Notes under the pieces: model-generated
What the model was told of the DNA's origin: nothing
Seen by the model: only the letters and a program-made list of their open reading frames with translations
Database searches by the model: none
Assembly: GCA_026025795.1 (NCBI GenBank)
Contig: JAPEUG010000015.1
Span: 62,001-95,901, forward strand
Origin: Thelocarpon superellum
Taxonomy: Eukaryota
Direction of reading: 5' to 3'
DNA: 33,901 nucleotides
Translations under genes and position numbers: made by a program
Part shown: one piece after another, positions 30,610-33,901 of the stretch
Layout of the letters: every line of letters begins with the position of its first letter
Numbering within the stretch: the first letter of the stretch is position 1

Positions 30610-32552
30610 CTAGGCGTGGCCCCTATCCTTGGGCTTGGCCAGGGTGTTCAAGCGACTCAAGCTCAAGATGCCCTTGCCGCCGCGAGTGCTCTTCTTGGAT
30701 GGGCTGGTCTTGGATGGGCTGGGAATCCGCGTCTGCTTCGCTTTCTCCATGTCGAAGCGGCCATTCAACGACGGATAGGGCGTGGATTTGTGCTTCTTCG
30801 ATTCCGGCTCCCGATTCTCTTCGTCCGAGTCGACGTCGATCCGGCTGCGCTTCTTGCTCTGCAGCCCATGAGGCACCGCTGGGACAACCTTGGGGAGAAT
30901 CGTGCTTGCATCGACGATGCTAGGACGCACCGGTCGAATGGTAGGCGCCATCGACGTGGACCCGAACTCCATCTTATTCGGAGAGCGGAAAGTGAAGTGA
31001 CCAGGACCAGCGGAGAGCTGCATGGTGGAGCCGGCATCCGACAGCTTCGGCAACGTCGGATATGTTACGGTGGCAGGGACTGGCGTGCGAGACGACGGTT
31101 TGAGCATGATACGAGCAGGAGACGGGGAGAAGTCCACGTTCGATTTGGCAATGGCGCTGGGCGTGAAAACAACTCGCTTTTGGGGGCGCGAGCGCGGAAT
31201 GCCACTCGTCGGGGTGGTAGGCAAGGACGGCAGCTCCTTGTTGAGGTCGCACGTGAATTGAGGAGTGGCCAAGGAGCTGTCCGCTGCGGGCTCCTTCTCC
31301 TCGGTCGTGGCGCCGAGAGGTCGACGGAGGATGGATTTCATGCGGCTGACGCCGGCTAGGGACGACATGTATTTGGCACTGCTCTCCGACTTGACGCCAA
31401 TCTTGGACCGCAAGGACGAGGCCCGAGTCAGCGTGGGCGTGATCGTCTTGGAGATTTTGACGCTGGCAGAGCGAGCCAACGATGACTTGGTTGGGGTGGT
31501 GATGGCGCTCGGCAAGGCGGGGCGTCCACGCCAGGATCCAAGAGTGGCCAATTTGCCTCGGTTCTCGCCCTCTCCTGCGCGTGAGCTCGGACGTGTAGCG
31601 GAGATGTCGTCGGTGACGTGTTCCTTCCTCCGCTTTGCGGGACTCACAGGTCCTTCGGGGCCGGACGGGTGATGCTTGCCGACCGGCTTGGCCAGGCTGA
31701 CTGGTGGTCCTGAGGCGTTCGCTTCGTCCAACTTGGCTTGCGACTTGGTTCGTTTCAGCGATGGCTTGTTGCCCTGGGAAAGGGCGGGCCCAGCGAGAGA
31801 TCGATAGGCAGACGGGTGTCCGGCGATGGAGTCCATCTTCTGGAATTCCGCCTTGTGCGCGTCGCTGTACCGCCCCTTCCTCCCGGTCGCCACGGCAAAT
31901 TTGCGCTCTCCGCCGTGACCCACCGGTCGAACTTCAACAATGTCCACATCCTCCAGCTTGCGTTTAGCCATCAACTCCTTTGTAACGTGTGACGCCTTCT
32001 CTGAGATCTCGTCCAGCAGCTTCCGAGCGTCGGGTCGCAGGTCCGACTTAGGGCGAGTGTACTTGAAGTCGAACCCGGGCGAGGAAGGCGGCTTCGAGGC
32101 CCCACGCTTCACACGACTAGGCGTCTCTTGGAAGAGCTTGGGGCCATTAGCGTCGCTGAAGCCCAAGCGAAGGCCGGAGTCGGGTAGTTTGCTAGAGCTT
32201 TGCTGATGTTTGCTGGGATGCATCTCGTCGAAGCTCGGGTATAGCGGAGTGGGCTCATTGGGAGTGCGCAGACCCGCTGGAGACGAGGCATAGGGCGATT
32301 GACCCTGTTTCCGCAGGGTCGGTGCCGTTGGAGAAGAGACGATGGCGTCGAGAGTACTTTGTGGTCCAAAGCGTGGGGGCTCTTCGGCCTCCAGCACCGA
32401 CGAAAGCCCAACGCGTTCAATTTGACGTGACTGTGGAGAATCACCGTCAGCATACCACTCCTCCGTCGCGCATCGCTCGGGCATCATCATTTGACCTTTT
32501 GAGGACTCTTGCTGCCGTGGAGTCGAGCGGATCTGCGGCGGGGAGGAGACAT
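30610..32552 (-). CDS. Basic S/P/K/T-rich protein with a NuSAP-like motif, ~625 aa, 2 exons
   Basis: Exons 32552-32496 (MSPPRRRSARLHGSKSPQK) and 32430-30610; intron GTCAAA..GCTGAC..CAG. Ordered-looking islands: FDEMHPSK, LRLGFSD, FDFKY, GRYSDAHKAEFQKMDSIAGHPSAY, PGHFTFRS, LSLSRLNTLAKPKDR. Confidence 0.85.
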
Positions 32553-33804
32553 GACTGCTGTTGTGGCTGTCGTTGGGCGATTGATCGGGTCACACAACAC
32601 GTTTCATCGTAGGTTTTGCACGAGGGATGAGTCGGCACAACCAAGCATCGACTGTGGACACGATGACATGACTGCACCCAAGTGTCCCGATGCAAGCGTG
32701 CGAACAAGTTGGAGAAATGAAGAGTGACGTTGTTTGTTGACATGGAGTCACGCTAAGATAACACACCGCTGGCAAGGTTGTCGGTAAGGTTTCGGGAGCG
32801 GCCACCAACGCGAATACCAACTCCACCTCCACCAACAAAGCCAATCAGCCCCGACCCCACTCGAGCCATACGTTCCAGAATGTGGGGGGGCTCCGTCCCA
32901 CAGCTGAGCTTGGGCATTTGGAGAAACCCGGTGGTCGATTTCTGTCTGACTTTCTCGCCTGATTACAGTCGCTATAGTAAAATCGCTCCAAGTCACTGAC
33001 GGCTATGAGCTTGTAACGCGAGGTATGCCTGAGACACAATTGACATGCAAAGGAGCACTGAGACATGGTGAGTTCTTAAAATAGAGTCTTTGTTGTGCCG
33101 GCACCAGTCTGCGGCCGTCGAACTCTCGTACGTCTTTCACTCCCACTTGTGCCCGGTCGAAAGCGAACGTGATCGGACCTATGTTACTGGAAGGCCCGAA
33201 ATAATTGTAGCGGGCCGTGCATACGGAAGTTGGGGTGGCCAAGGCCCACTTTGGGGTTATGTAATCGCGTCTTTGGAGACCATCTCTGGAGCGCCCCCCT
33301 AAACATGACGACGATCGTCATCTAAAAACTTCATAGATCCGGGAGACCGGGGGCGGCGACGTCCAACGATAGATCTAGCTCGAATTACATAATCGACCTT
33401 CGACCTCAACATCATGACATCGCGCGTTGCGACTCCACGTTCATCACAAGATCGTTTGTCAAAATCATGATTCCCTCAAATCATCGCTTTATTCTGACGC
33501 TCTGTGATATGATGATTTTCCGTGATGATTTGTCCATTCATTCAACCCGCCATGATGGCGTAAGGAGCAGCATGTTCATCACTCAGGATTGATCTCGATG
33601 GGCAATCCCTGCGCATCCCTCCCTTGGCGTTTTCGTCACGATATCATCGCGATATTGTCAGAGCCTACTAACATGTTGAGTCTTATTCACTCGAACACAC
33701 TACCTTTTCCTGCCCATATTGCTTCCATCTGGTTTCCGTCTGCCTGCTGAATGCTGACACTCTCATCGAGTCGCTCTCTCTGTCAAGGGTAAGAAAGCTA
33801 CAAG

Positions 33805-33901
33805 ATGGCCGATCAAGCCGCATGTGATTCCTTCAGCGGATCTCCTCCCTCCGATGAGATGCTTGATTGCTCCTCCTCTGAAATCTTCGCTCGAGCCATC
33901 G
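33805..33901 (+). CDS. Possible 5' end of a gene running off the window
   Basis: Good fungal start context (caagATGGCC); the frame MADQAACDSFSGSPPSDEMLDCSSSEIFARAI is open to the window end. No recognisable motif. Confidence 0.3.
   Translation, partial: MADQAACDSFSGSPPSDEMLDCSSSEIFARAI

Noticed and set aside
32431..32495. Box C (ATGATGA) and box D (CTGA) inside the intron of the NuSAP-like gene
   Set aside because: The span is only about 44 nt and the CTGA is the branch site (GCTGAC); too short for a C/D snoRNA.

Overview
This is eukaryotic, intron-rich, GC-rich DNA from a filamentous ascomycete (Pezizomycotina-type short GT-AG introns, mostly 45-75 nt, with CTRAC/CTRAT branch sites). The ORF track fragments the genes, so I rebuilt exon structures by hand; each model below keeps frame from ATG to stop. 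Fifteen complete genes are supported: a DHA2-type MFS transporter (+), a secreted ferritin-like Rds1-family protein (-), a small secreted Cys-containing protein (-), an SLS1-like mitochondrial protein (-), an NT-C2 domain protein (-), tRNA adenosine deaminase TAD1 (+), an unrecognised 3-exon gene with a sigma-70 region-4-like helix-turn-helix plus coiled coil (-), splicing factor SF3B5/YSF3 (+, absent from the ORF track), a Rad51 paralog (-), PAL1 (-), an intronless membrane protein (+), STM1 (-), a bZIP transcription factor (-), a LIM-domain protein (-) and a basic low-complexity protein with a NuSAP-like motif (-). A further ORF may start at the right edge. I recognised no rRNA, tRNA, CRISPR array or transposon. 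The main leads are: (1) the sigma-4-like HTH gene with a 3x ~43-bp repeat in the promoter it shares with SF3B5; (2) an extra spliced exon that appends a possibly Kex2-releasable hydrophobic peptide to the secreted ferritin-like protein; (3) three GC-AG introns at sensitive positions (just after the SF3B5 ATG, inside a TAD1 Zn-ligand Cys codon, at the end of the bZIP zipper); (4) a candidate fungal NuSAP-like microtubule protein. All family assignments come from motif recognition by eye, not database searches.
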